A stretch of 64,000 nt of DNA from Squalus acanthias (taxonomy: Eukaryota), in the NCBI GenBank assembly GCA_030390025.1, contig CM059431.1, positions 106,456,001 to 106,520,000 of the forward strand. The letters are read 5' to 3'. The translations under genes and the position numbers were made by a program. The notes under the pieces were generated by a model. That model saw nothing but the letters and a program-made list of their open reading frames with translations, did no database searches and was not told the origin of the DNA. Of this stretch, positions 50,816-63,700 are shown in pieces (within the stretch, counting starts at the first letter, position 1; each line of letters begins with the position of its first letter).

Positions 50816-51829
50816 TTGTTTCAATGGCCATGTGCACCTTGACCCCACGTCCACACCCCACTGTAATCTTCGTCTCAACATAAACTATGCCATGGCAGCT
50901 GTGCCAATAAAACGTGTTTTGTACATCATACTTCACCTTTTACTGCATGAAAATGTTGTATCCCTTTGATTTAAAAAAAAAATCTTATTTATAAAACAGC
51001 AACAAATCACAATTGAACAAATAGTGACTGTGTCAATCAGCATGTAGCGAGCAGGAATAAATAAAAGCAATCATGTTTATGCATCAGGATGACCAAAAGT
51101 AATTAGATGCACACTTGCTCACCCTCAACCATTGGCTGATTTCATTCCCTCCCCTTACCTTCTGAGAGAGGCAAAAAAAAACCACGTATGTGCATCCAGT
51201 TTAGGAGTCCTCTGGCAAAAAGCCCTCTCTGACCTATCATAGACACCGAGGTAAGCCCCTGACCCACTAATTATTATCCAGGAGAATTTACTCTTACCTT
51301 TCATACGACATGATGACCTCGTTTTCCCCAAATCCTTGCTCTGCTTAATCGAAGGACTGTAAATAATCACTCTTCACTACCTTCCCCATTATCATGTTCC
51401 ACAGATCGATCACCCCCTTGAGAAAAGTAAAACTTCTGAACCATTCAATACCACCCCTGATTCCTCTGTTTGTAAGAGTATTGTCAGGTATTTCTACCTG
51501 ACTCCATCATGTCAATTACTCTAGTTACTTGTATGATGTCCATGCCTATAGTAATCTTAAATACCTGGATCAGATTCCCTCTAACCCACTGTCTCTCCAG
51601 AAAGTACAAACGCAAGATATCAAACCTGCCTTCATAGCTCAATGAGCCTTGTGTGGAGCATAAACACCGGCATGGACCTGTTGGGCCGTATGGCCTGTTT
51701 CTCTGCTGTAAATACTGTGTAATTTTTTATGTCAGGGATCATTCTTGTCACCCTTTGCACCTTCTCTAGAGTCACAACGTTCTTCATGAAATGCCAGAAG
51801 CAAAAAGCCGTATATAACCCTTATATAAT

Positions 51830-52480
51830 GGCCCGTATTTTCCGATCTCTACAGGTGTGTACGAGCTGCGTACTCAACCGTAGGGACCTTGCAAATGCCG
51901 GTTTCGTGTATGCGAAGCGAATCCTCTTGACAGATTGCATGCCTGCCCTGGACAAGGGCCTCCACGGGTGGAGAGTTTAGCTTTCTGCAGAACCTCCGCC
52001 CACTGAAATCCCTTAAAACTCTTATGCCTGGTAAAAAAGTTTAAAAAAGTAAAAAAAAAAAATTTCCCACTCATTTATAATTTAAAAATACTTTAAAAAG
52101 GTAAGTTTATTTTTAGCCCCGTAAAAAACTTTAATTTTTTTTCCCAAAAACTAATTTTAAAAATGTGATTTAAAAGAAAAATGTATTTAATGTTTTGATG
52201 TGTTTTTGGAGTGATTTCCATTCATAAATTTGACAGGTGTAAGCTGTCAAAAGTATGAAGGGAGATTCCCTTCTCCCATTGGCTCCCCATGGCCCACATG
52301 ATCCCAGGGACGCTTGCGAACCGCATGCGCCCCTGGGATACGTGGGCCCTGCGCATTTCGTTGTGGAGACGCCCAGGATCGGAAATGGCCGGACCTCTGG
52401 AGCCCTCAGGTAAGGGCATAGATTTTTTCCAGATCGGAGGCCTCCGCACGCAGGAAGCCTTTGATCGGAAAATACGGGCC
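51830..52480. mobile_element. Harbinger-like MITE family B, copy 3
   Basis: Perfect 18-bp TIR GGCCCGTATTTTCCGATC; flanks AAT/AAC; homologous to 5346-6070 in reverse. Confidence 0.9.
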
Positions 52481-53361
52481 AACGTGGTCTTAGTTTTGTA
52501 ATGAATAGTTTGCTTTGGCTGCAATCTCCTGATAGTGAGTTTGAAATTTGAAGAAGTGATCAAAAATCATTCCCAAATCTTCTCCCTTTGTTGCTGTAGC
52601 TGACACACACTCAAGCCTCTATTTGTGTACTTGTGTGCTTAACTGCGCACTTATGTACACTGAAGGACATTTGCCAGTCATGGGCCCACTTCCTCAGCCT
52701 ATCCAAATCCACTATTTGACGGTTCTGGATTACTAGCTCTGCCACACAATTGGGGGTCACCCACAAATTTATTGTGCTACATATAATCTCCTCCAGATCA
52801 TCACTGAACATAATGAACAAAGGGGACCCAGCACTGAAGGTTGGGTCACCCCACTCATGCATGGACCCTACTTGGAGGCATCTCCATTTTAAAACAGCCC
52901 TTTCCTTTTGATCTGCCAGTCAATTTCTAATCCAACTTGCTATTTTCTGCCCACGCCACAAGATCGAATTTTCTCACACAATCACTCAGGTGCCACTTCA
53001 TCAAAAACCTTTTAAAAGTTCAAGGAGATGATGTCTTCCAGATCTCCTTGAATCACTGCTCTAATCATATCTCTTAAAAAAAGACTCAATCAGGTTTGTC
53101 AAATATGACCTTTTCTTTCTGAAGTTATGTTGGGTATCCTCCATAACCTCTGTACATTCTAAATGATAATTTATAGCATCTCTGATGATACTTTGTATTA
53201 CTTTCCCACCACAGAGTCTATAGTCAACGGGATTTGCTTTTAATCCCTTTTTGAATAAAGGGACCATATCCACTTTCCTCCAATCAACTGGCACTACCCC
53301 AGTTCTCAGTGAGCTACTGAAAATATCCACCAGGTCATCACACAAGAATTGTACACTACAC

Positions 53362-53492
53362 ATTGTTCTCTGTCTATATATGCTTTGCTGATTTGTATTC
53401 CTTCACTTTACCTGACGAAGGAGCAGCGCTCCGAAAGCTCGTGATTTCAAATAAAACTGTTGAACTATAACCTGGTGTTGTGCGACTTCTCA
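53362..53492 (+). mobile_element. Solo PLE terminal-repeat fragment with a hammerhead at 53408-53444
   Basis: ttac CTGACGA A GGAGC agc GCTCC GAA AGCT C gtga; near-identical to 63644-63747. Confidence 0.85.
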
Positions 53493-54796
53493 TATTTTAA
53501 GGACCCTGAGATAAATTAAGTATGGCCCTGCTGCTTTTACTATCTTAAGCTCTTTTAATTTAGTTAGCACCATTTCCTTTGTGATCTGCAAGAAACCCAT
53601 CTGGATTTTAATTCTACCACTAGGTGAGGAGATCTATCCTTTCGAGTAAAAACAAATACAAATTATCTGTTCAACAATTCTCCCAAGCCTTTTTTCATTA
53701 TATATAATACTTACAGAGTCATCCAACAATAGTCATATTTGATCCCTAACTGATCTTTCACTCCAAACACAAGCATAAAATGCTCCCCATTATCCTATTT
53801 TCCACTCACTTCCTATCCATATATATTTTAGCTTTCCTTAGTTAGCACTAACTGCTTCTTCTATCTGTATCTATTACTCTATTTATACATCCTTAAAAAA
53901 ATAGCTTCTTAAATGCCAATCACTGAATTCGCTCCCCATTTAACCACTGTGAGCCTATTTCATCATATACTCTTTTCCTTTTTGACAGGATAGATAGGGC
54001 TTCTTTTCCTTTTAGCACTTTATCAAAAGTATCCCATTTTATCTGGAGGGATGCATTTATTTTGCTCCAGCTCTTTCTTCCGCTTTACCATTATTACCAA
54101 GTCTCTTTTTTAATTGCGGAGCTTTTTTTCACTGAGCTTCTTTTGAAAATTCAACAGCACCATAGTGTCATCTCTGAACTTGCTGCAGCCCCATAGTTCA
54201 CCAGAGAGGTCTAAGTTCATAAGGTGCTTCACATCTAGGGGTCATATAGCCTGCTGTGGCTCATTACTAGAACACTAAATCCAATAATATTATCTGTTCT
54301 ACTTGTTCCAGCATATTGAGTTAAGAAGTAATCATTGATCATATCAGTACATGCCTACAGGGGGCCTCCCATCTCCTGTGTCTGCCCTTGTTTGTCCACT
54401 TTGTAAGTGAGTAATTGAAATCTCCCATCACTATTACCTTCCCTTCATTAACTACCTAATTGATATGATCACAGAGTTGCAGCTCTTCATTTCTCTCTTG
54501 GTTTGGTGGTCCGTAATACAGACTCATTATCACTCTGGTACGTCTCTTGAACTCTATTTGGAGCCAGACTATTTCTCAGCATGTATTTGTCCCTACAAGT
54601 TGCAAGACTTGTTTTATATGACTGACAACAAGATTGAATATTTATGAAGTAGGCCAGGTCCTGCTGTGTGTATAAATATATATATGTATATATCTCAACC
54701 CCTTTTCCGCTCCTGTATGTTGAATGGAAAACTATTGCAGAAGCAGTTAAGCCTATTTGCATTTTTTTTGTATAGCAGATCAAAAACTATCTATCA

Positions 54797-55202
54797 GATC
54801 TAGAGTTTCGAAGAATGAGAGGTGATCTCACTGAAGCATACAAAATTCTTAGGTGCAAGATGCAAGGAGGATGTTTCCCCTGGCTAGGGAGTCTAGAACC
54901 AGGGGTCACAGTCTCAGAATAAGGGGTCGGCCATTTAGGACTGAGACGAGGAGGAATTTCTTCACTCAGAGGGTGGTGAATCTTTGGAATTCTCTAGCCC
55001 AGAGGGCTGTGGAGGCTCAGTCATTGAGTATATTCAAGACAGAGATCGATAGATTTTTGAATATTAAGGGAATCAAGGGATATGGGGATAGTGCAGGAAA
55101 GTGGAGTTGAGGTCGAAGATCAATCATGATCATATTGAATGGCGGAGCAGGCTCGAAGAGCCGAATGGCCAACTCCTGCTCCTATTTCTTATGTTCTTAT
55201 GT
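54797..55202 (+). mobile_element. CR1 LINE 3' fragment
   Basis: RRNFFTQRVVNLWNSL..IKGY; tail tcttatgttcttatg. Confidence 0.9.
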
Positions 55203-56186
55203 AAAACAAGATAAAGCATGAAATGCAACTTGTTCTGCAGTAACTTTGAAACTAATTATAGAAAAGTTGATCTCGTGCAAATACAATCAGTAAGGGGTAA
55301 AACATGTACAGCTGAGGAGAAAGGCATTGAGTGAAAACCAAATCAGCATCTTTATCACTGGCAATATATTCCAATAGCTTATAGAAGCTTCCGTTGAATG
55401 GCAGAGGTCAATCACTACTTGGCGGAAGCATTTGCCCTTGCTGATGTTACCACGATATGTTTGCTCTGAACCAGAGGCCCTAAATTTATATTTAAATAAG
55501 ACTCCACAAAAGAACCCAGTAAATGTAGATAATTACAAGACTAAAGCTTCAAAAAGTTATCAGAAGCTGGAGAGCCACTCCAAGTACCTTCCCTTTTCAA
55601 GTGAGGGTATCTGGAGATCAGTGTAATTTGTTTCAAGTCTCCAGCTGAAATCTTGGCATCAAACAGATCTACACGGACCATGTACATGGTCGTGTAATCT
55701 CCGATTTACAATAAATCTTGTTACTGAGTGGGAGTTATTCACTAATCTATGCAGTTCACTCGTGCCATTTACAATTTTAAGCCTATTTTTGGTAAATATC
55801 TTGTATCATTTGACAGGACCTTGTGGCATCGAAAAACAATAAAGCAGGTGAGAATTTGATGCTACAAATAGCGTACTTTCAATCCCGTCAAACTCTACAG
55901 CGATTCTGTCTTTTATTGAGCACTGAGATTCTCGGAGTGTACGCTTTTTGGTGTCCTTCAATGGCGGTCACCTGAGAAGAGCCGGTAGAAGCCTCAGAAG
56001 AAAGAGAGACAGGAAAGGAACAAGTTAAGAGAGAAGCAACAGAGAGGGAAAGAACAAGAAATGATCAGGGAGAAGAGAGAACAGAAACAAATAAAAATAA
56101 TAGCAAGGAGAGATAGAAGAGGAGCAAAGAAAGTGAAGGAAACAGATGGTCATGAAAAGAGCAATGGGAAGGAAGAAAGAAACATT

Positions 56187-57200
56187 TTAACACAGTAGCA
56201 AAATACTGCGGATGCTGGAAATCTGAGGAGAGAGAAACAGATTTAACGTCAGTTCTGCTGAAGGGTCACAGACCTGAAACGTTGGGCTGGATTTTGTCAA
56301 TGGGGACGTGATGGAGGCGGGACTCCCACTTTTTGGGTTGTAGTCCCGCCTCCATCGAGTTGTGGCCAACCCACTGTATTTTCCCTTGATTGACCTTGTT
56401 AAGCCCGCCCAGCGGGCTTAGCAGGCCAATCAAGGGTCCCTTGGATACAGGTGATGTCAGCCATTGAAATTTCATCTGTTTTCAGCTTTTGACAGATGAA
56501 ATTTCAGCGTTTGACAGCTCTGTGAAGCTGTCAAACACTGACAATATGATTTCTAACGTGAGTCCCTGTACTTAGACTCAGTTAGAAATCAATCCAGCAC
56601 AGAAAGCAGAGACTGCAGCTTTTGACAGCTCCGCGGCCATTCTGCTTTCTGTGCCGTGGATGTGAAGGACTCCCGACACCTTAAGGAAGCTAGCCTGCAG
56701 GACAAAGTTAAGGTAAGTAAAAGTTCTTAAAACACTTTACACACACCAAACACACTTATCTCTGCATTCATGCACCCATCACTCACCTGCACACCGGACA
56801 TCTTGGCCCCTCCAAGCCCTCCAGACCGATGGTCCGCCTTGCTAAATCGGTGTGGTTCGGACCTGTCGGGAAGCCCACACTTCAGGGCTAAAAATAGGGA
56901 TTAGCCAATAAACTGCCTGTTAACTACCTGTTAACAGGCAGTTTATTGGCACTAATCCCCTTCCCGCCTCGGGGAGGTGGGTCCCAGCACAGGTCGGGCA
57001 CCCGCCTCCTGGGAAACTGGCATAGAGGCGGGTTGGGGGCGGGATGGGTTGGGACCCCCGAATCTGCTATTTTCCCACCCCACAGGCCTCCAAACCCGCC
57101 TCCACGGGCCGGTGAAAATTGAGCCCGTTGACTCAGTTTCTCTCTCCACGGATGCTGCCTGACCTGCTGAGTGTTTCCAGCATTTTCTGTTGTTATTTAA
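56187..57200 (+). mobile_element. Second-family PLE derivative whose degenerate hammerhead is split by a MITE
   Basis: agtt CTGCTGA A GGGTC aca GACCT GAAACGTT [MITE] gact..ctctctccacggatgctgcctgacctgctgag..tccagcattttctg. Confidence 0.7.
56284..57126. mobile_element. Harbinger-like MITE family F, copy 1
   Basis: TIRs GGGCTGGATTTT / AAAATTGAGCCC; 3-bp TSD GTT; repeated GGAGGCGGG subterminal motifs. Confidence 0.85.
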
Positions 57201-58304
57201 GAAGCATTTTAATCCTGGTTCAGTATCCTTCTGTCATGAACATGAGTGAGAACAAGCACCAAGATTAGTTTTTTCTTAATGAATTTGCAGTTGCTTATAG
57301 GAAAAGTAGCTTGTAGGAGAAATAGCTGTTCATTGAACCCAGACTTCACATATATCTTTTCCCCAGGCCTTTTTCTCCATGAAAATATCTACCACTCGAG
57401 TTATTTTTGCTGTTTTGCACAAGCATTTACAACTTCAAAGAACAAGTCAAGTGACAAAGAAAAGCAGTTTTATCTGAAACATTGACATGACTGATTATAG
57501 ATGACTGTGTTTCCTCATGATGAACCAACTGCATGTTTAGAAGGATTTTTTTTTTCGCTCTTTGGATTTTCTCTTCTCTCTAACAGACACAGTTTGTACC
57601 ATCTGCTTCCTCCACACACAAGTGATCATTCTTCGCTGTGAGCCTGGGCAGTGGGTATTGTCAGGCTATCTAGTCATCTAGGTGATCTAATTCTGTCCTC
57701 ATCCCAAGTCCACACGCATGCACTTTTTCAGCAGGAGTCACTAGATGATGACTCGAGAGGGAAAACTTGATCATCCCCAGTGCAGGAGCAAAATTTCAGA
57801 CCAATTTTAGCACCCATACAATTGCCCTGACTGAGAGCTCCACACTGGGCAGTGTGATTATCAATTGGACCACTAAGATGCACTTACAAACAATTTTTGT
57901 TGGTGTGATAACTTAGGAGTGAAAAGGAGGTGATCCTCCAAAGTTGCGTTGGCTGATATTAAAATGATTAGGGGGGGCGGGGGCTTCATGGGGGTAAACG
58001 TTCAAACAGTACTTCTAAAGTGACTGGAATGCAGATCAGGAAGTTGAGCATGAAAGGCCAATTTGCGGGCTGTACAATTCCCCTTCCATTAAATTTAATG
58101 CACAGAAAATTGTCTGGAGCACAAATCGGGGGAAGAGTCGTGGAATTCCCAAACTAAACTCCCTTTGTGCAAAGTTCTGCGCTGGGCATGCTAAATCTTG
58201 ATGATTACCCCCATATTTGAATGTGCAAAATATTAGGAAATAAAATCAGGGAACTGCAGTCACTAGTTAGAGAGCTATGACGTTACATCCTCAATGGAAA
58301 CTAT

Positions 58305-59138
58305 GGGCGTGATCTTGCCAGCCCTGGGGAGGCGGGTTTGGAGGTGGGACTGCCGGGAAAATGGCAGAATTTGGGGGCGGGTGCCCAACCCGCCTCCATG
58401 CCATCTTGCCAGGAGGCGGGTAGCTGTCACACGCCGGGTCCCATCTCCTTAGAGGGGGGAAGGGATTACAGCCACTTAACTGCCTGTTAACAGGGAGTTA
58501 ACAGGCAGAAAATAGGATTATCACCATTTTGCCCTCACAAGTACAGGCTTCCCGAAGGCTCCGAACCCCGCCAGGGTCACCGAGGCGAGTAGTGGGTCTG
58601 CGGGGGTCGGAGGGGTCCAAAAGTGCGCTGTGAAGGTAAGTGATGGGTGCAAGTGTGGAGAGGTGAGTATCTGAGGTAAGTACAAAGTGTTAGAAAAAGT
58701 TTACTTACCTTTGTTTCTTCCTGTAGGCTTCAGTCGGTGGGTATGTGGAGAGTCTCGCACCTCCGCGGTAGAGATGACAGATGGCCGTTGCATTCTCCAA
58801 TGCAACAATCATCTCATTTCTGCAAAAGAAAGAGGTTTGATGAGGTCTTGAATTCAAGAACTCATCAAACTACAGAGAATGTCAGTGTTTGACAGCTTCA
58901 CAGAGCTGTCAAATGATGACAATTCATCTGTCAAAAATTTTTGACAGATGAAACATCATACGTTGACATTCTCTGCAACCAGCTTTCCCTTAATTGGCCT
59001 GCTAAGCCTGCTGGGTGGGCTTAACAAGGTCAATCAAGGGAAATAGCGTGGGTTGGCCAGAAGTTGATGGAGGCGGGACTAAAACCCGACAAGTGGGAGT
59101 CCCGCCTCCAAAAGATCCCCATTGGCAAAATCCAGCCC
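58305..59138. mobile_element. Harbinger-like MITE family F, copy 2 (inverted relative to copy 1)
   Basis: Ends GGGCGTGATCTTGCC / GGCAAAATCCAGCCC; 58880-59138 matches 56284-56545 in reverse. Confidence 0.8.
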
Positions 59139-59249
59139 TTGGCTTCAGCAAAGCAGGACTCAAAACTAAATAGCCTTGTCTATCAGAATTTCAGGAGAGA
59201 TAGAGAAGGAAAAAAGGAAGAGGTGTGACCTTGTTAATTAAGGACATTT

Positions 59250-61366
59250 TTACACAAATAGATAGGAAAGTTTTTAATTAAGGAGAAGTGTGAAGTGATG
59301 CAATTTGGGAGGACTACTATGGAAAGACAGTGTACTATAAATAGCACGATTTTGAAAAGTGCAGATGAGCAGAGAGACCTTGGTGTCCATATTTTTTTTT
59401 TTATTCGTTTTTATGGGATCTGGGCGTCGCTGGCAAAGCCAGCATTTATTGCCATCCCTAATTGCCCTTGAGAAGGTGATGGTGAGCTGCCTTCTTGAAC
59501 CGCTGCTGTCCGTGTGGTGAAGGTACTCCCACAGTGCTGTTAGGTAGGGAGTTCCAGGACCCAGCGACGATGAAGGAACGGCGATATACTTCTAAGTCAG
59601 GATGATGTGTCACTTGGAGGTGGTGGTGTTTCCATGCATCTGCTCCCCTTGTCCTTCTAGGTGGAAGAGGTTGCGGGTTTGGGAGGTGCTGCCGAAGAAG
59701 CCTTGGCGAGTTGCTGCAGTGCATCTTGTAGATGGTACACACTGCAGCCACGGTACGCCGGTGGTGGAGGGAGTGGATGTTTAAGGTGGTACCAATCAAG
59801 CGGGCTGCTTTGTCCTGATGGTGTCAAGCTTCTTGAGTGTTGTTGGAGCTGCACTCATCCAGGCAAGTGGAGAGTATTCCATCACACTCCTTACTTGTGC
59901 CTTGTAGATGGTAGAAAGGCTTTGGGGAGTCAGGAGGTGAGACACTCACCGCAGAATACCTAGCCTCTGACCTGCTCTTGTTGCCACCGTATTTATGTGG
60001 CTGCTCCAGTTAAGTTTCTGGACAATGGTGACCCCCCAGGATGTTGATGATGGGAGATTCGGTGATGGTAATGACATTGAATGTCAAGTGGTGGTGTTTA
60101 GACCCTCGCTTGTTGGAGATAGTCATTGCCTGGCACTTCTGTGGTGCGAATGTTACCTGCCACTTATCAGCCCAAGCTTGAACGTCATCCAGGTCTTGTT
60201 GCATGTGGGCATGGACTGCTTCATTATTTGAGGAGTTGTGAATGGCGCTGAACACTGTGCAGTCATCAGCGAACATCCCCATTTCTGACCTTATGTTGGA
60301 GGGAAGGTCATTGATGAAGCAGCTGAAGATGGTTGGGCCTAGGACACTGCCCTGAGGAACTCCTGCAGTGATGTCCTAGGGCTGTGATGATTGACCTTCA
60401 AACACCACAACCATCTTCCTTTGTGCTAGGTATGACTCCAGCCAGTGGAGAGTTTTCCCCCCCGATTCCCATTGACTTCAGTTTTACTAGGGCTCCTTCA
60501 TGCCACACTCAGTCAAATTCTGCCTTGATGTCAAGGGCAGTCACTCTCCCCTCACCTCTGGAATTCAGCTCCTTTGTCTATGTTTGGACCAAGGCTGTAA
60601 TGAGGTCGGCAGCCGAGCGGACAAAAAGCGGGATTGTGGGACTAAGCACGACTGCTCTTTCAATGAGCCATATACACAAATCCTTAAAGGTGGCATGGCA
60701 AGTTGGTAAGGTGGTTAAAAGAGCATATGGGTTGCTTGGGTTTATAAATAGAGGAATAGAATATAAAAGCAAAGAGATCATGCTGGAACTTTATAAATCA
60801 CTGGTTAGGCCTCAGCTGGAGTGTTGTGAACAGTTCTGGACACCACACTTTTGTAATGATGTAAAGGCCTTAGAAAGGGTGCAGAGGAGGTTTACCAGGA
60901 TGTGACCAGGGACGATGGACTTCAGTTATGAGGAGAGGTTGGAAAAGTTAGGACTGTTCTCCTTGGAACAGAGAAGGTTAAGAGGTGACCTAATGGAGGT
61001 TTTCAAGGTGATGCGAGGTTTTGATAGAGTAGAGAGAGAAAAACTATTCGCTCTGGCGAGTGGGTCAATAACCAGAGGTCATAGATTCAAAATCATTGGC
61101 AAAAGATCTAGAGGGGAGATGAGAATTTTTTTCACTCAGAGAGTTGTTGGGATCTGGAACGCTCGACCTGAAAAGCTGGTGGACGCTGATTCCATCAATA
61201 ATTTTAAATGGGAGTTGGACGGGTAGTTGAGGAGGAGGAGCTCACAGGGTTACGGACAAACAGCGGAGGGTGTGGGACTGAACACGACGGCTCTTTCAAA
61301 GAGCCAGCACAGGCACGATGGGCCGAATGGCCTCCTTCTGTGCTGTAAGTTTCTATGATTCTATGA
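59250..61366 (+). mobile_element. Younger CR1 3' fragment (59250-59392 and 60668-61366) interrupted by LINE C
   Basis: KCEVMQFG..QRDLGVH|IHKSLKVA..LYKSLVRPQLE..ERVQRRFTRM..; tail ttctatgattctatg; CCATAT duplicated at the junctions. Confidence 0.9.
59393..60616 (-). mobile_element. LINE family C, 5'-truncated, with RT domain
   Basis: GVPQGSVLGP, MFADD, W.DKWQVTFAPQKC, ends KKAAHHHLLKGN* with an A-rich tail. Confidence 0.9.
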
Positions 61367-61967
61367 TGCTTTGAAGGAGTCTGGGTTAAGATAAGAAGTA
61401 ATAAATGATCTATTGCCATATTGGGAGTACGTTATGGACCACTGAATAGTGGGAAACAAATTGAGGATGTGATCTGCAGGCAATTTAGATTGTTACATTG
61501 GTAGCAAGAGTTGTAATAATGGGAACTTCAGCAATCCTAACATAGGATAAGACAAACATTTATGGTCAAATTGGGGCAGGATTCCAAGAACACATGCATT
61601 ACTCTATCCTTAGTCATCATGCTGCACAACCAACAAGCAAGGACGCAGTACTTGAACTGGTTTTGGGTACTGAAATAGGACAAGTAAGTGACCTGAAGTT
61701 AGGAGAACACTTGGGAAATAGTGACCAAAGCCTAATTAAGTTCCTACTGAAAATAGATAAAGAGAAAGAGGAGTTGAAGATGAAGCTGTTGAACTAGAAA
61801 TTACCCTATTTTCGGGAGGTGAAACGAGACCTAGCTCAGATTAATTAGTTGGAACAAATGTCAGATCAAACAGCAAACCAGATTAAGTACATAGGAGTAA
61901 AGGGGTGCATCAAAGCTTGGCATTTCATGGATATATATATTTCCAAAAATGCATCATCGCTCTGGCA

Positions 61968-62325
61968 TAATCATAGAATCATAGAAAGATACAGCACAGG
62001 AGGAGGCCATTCGGCCCGTCGTGCCTGTGCTGGCTCTTTGAAAGAGCAGTCGTGCTGAGTCCCACATCCCCCGCTTTTTGTCCGTAACCCTGTCAGTTCC
62101 TCATCCTCCAGAACCTGTCCAACTCCCATTTAAAATTATTGATGGAATCAGCTTCCACCACCTTTTCAGGTGGAGTGTTCCAGATCCCCACAACTCTCTG
62201 AGTGAAAACATTCCTCCTCATCTCCCCTCTAGATCTTTTGCCAATGATTGTGAATCTATGGCCTCTGGTTATTGACCCACTCACCAGAGGGAATAGTTTT
62301 TCTCTCTCTACTCTATCAAAACCTC
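61968..62325 (-). mobile_element. CR1 3' fragment, same subfamily as 61015-61366, inverted
   Basis: Aligns in reverse complement to 61015-61366. Confidence 0.9.
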
Positions 62326-63593
62326 CACGCTGACTTTGGCAGGAGTCTGTCAGAATGGCTGGAAAATAGACCAGGATCCAAATGCACCTGGTCCCAACCT
62401 TGCACCGAAGAATCCGGCTGACATTTTGGGGGTGGAGCCTCCACTGGCCCCCAAAAAGGCGACTGTCATAAAGGAACACGGCAGTGGGTGGGGACTCCCT
62501 GCGCCAGAGTTCAAGAACCTTGGGGCCTCAAAGGGCTATCGTGTGTGATTAGCAGAGGTACAACTAGTTATACTAGGCATACCTGACTGACAGAGGCGGA
62601 AGAGGAGAACACCTACGGTTTTAGGTCAGGATCAAGGCACGAAGCTTCGAAGAGGAGTGACATTATTTTAAAACATTTATCAATGCACCACCACCCCCCT
62701 TTCCAAGGCCTCAGTTTCTCTGCCAGACTTATTGAAAGTCTGCTTCTTAATGTTAGTTCCTGTAGTAAGTTTCCTCCTCCATTTGACATTGCCTTGTGTA
62801 AGTCTTTACTCATCCACACTGAGCAGTCAAGTGCACGCTTCACAGTGCATATGACACCTAATAAACATCAGTCACGATAGCAGTCGGTCTATTTTTCTTT
62901 GGATATTTGTAAATAAAAAGCTTGAACCTGCTGTGCAACAACTCCAGCCAGGTATGTGCTTGCTGCCACCTGACACATTAATTAACACAAAAATAAGTGT
63001 CAGCCATGCATCATTTTTGTGTATTAGTAGCTGTTGTTTATTATGTTAATAGTCTTGGTCAGCCACACAGCCACCTAACACTTAGCCTGATGATCTAGGA
63101 TGCACTGTGAGGGAACTGAGTTTATTTATGTGTTAAGTGGGTAGAGTATATAAATCTTAATATTTATGGATATTACTTGTTCCAAGCCTGCATTGCTATA
63201 TGAATTTTATCTATTCTGTAATCAATATATATCATAAGACTATGAAACATTGATGTTCTTCACAATCCAAGTTGCCCATATATCCATTTCCTTTCATATG
63301 AGATCAAGAGAAATGTACATGATTACATACCTGAAGCTGACATATATTGAATACATTAGTTTTACAGGATGTGTTCAAAAATGTCAAGAGATAATTCTGA
63401 ATAATTGTACAGTTGTAGTCGTGGTTAGTGACCCATGATGCCTTTTCTTGGGAAGGGCAGTTAAATATGTGTGTATCTGGAGCTTTGGTGATTGGTAATT
63501 ATTCTTGATGCGGAGATGCCGGTGTTGGACTGGGGTGGACAAAAATGAGAAGTCGCACAACACCAGGTTATAGTCCAACAGTTTTATTTGAAA

Positions 63594-63630
63594 TTACGAG
63601 CTTTCGGAGCGCTGCTCCTTCGTCAGGTAA
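63594..63630 (-). ncRNA. Minimal type I hammerhead ribozyme (mirror copy)
   Basis: Exact reverse complement of 63664-63700. Confidence 0.8.
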
Positions 63631-63663
63631 AGTGAGGGAATATCTGATTTGTATTCCCTCACT

Positions 63664-63700
63664 TTACCTGACGAAGGAGCAGCGCTCCGAAAGCTCGTAA
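63664..63700 (+). ncRNA. Minimal type I hammerhead ribozyme (predicted cut after C63696)
   Basis: ttac CTGACGA A GGAGC agc GCTCC GAA AGCT C gtaa. Confidence 0.8.

Larger units (their letters stand above)
51330..54600 (-). mobile_element. Old, degenerate CR1 ORF2 (endonuclease to 3' end) hosting MITE and PLE insertions
   Basis: GVVPVDWRK.D.VPLFKKG...P.DYR, QHNFRKKRS.LTNL, W.HDWQM.F.V.KC; gaaggtaatagtgatgggagatttcaat (VIVMGDFN) near 54420. Confidence 0.75.
58215..61850 (+). mobile_element. Old CR1 AP-endonuclease region surviving as pieces (58215-58304, 59140-59245, 61371-61850) split by later insertions
   Basis: Degenerate YLN...IRNK..EL, FRRDREGKKG, VWVKIR, PT.KDAVL.LVL..EIGQVSDL.LGEHLGNSD. 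Confidence 0.65.

Noticed and set aside
57990..58212. Possible hairpin MITE (GGGGGTAA...TTACCCCC)
   Set aside because: Only a ~10-bp terminal match and weak internal symmetry; not enough to call
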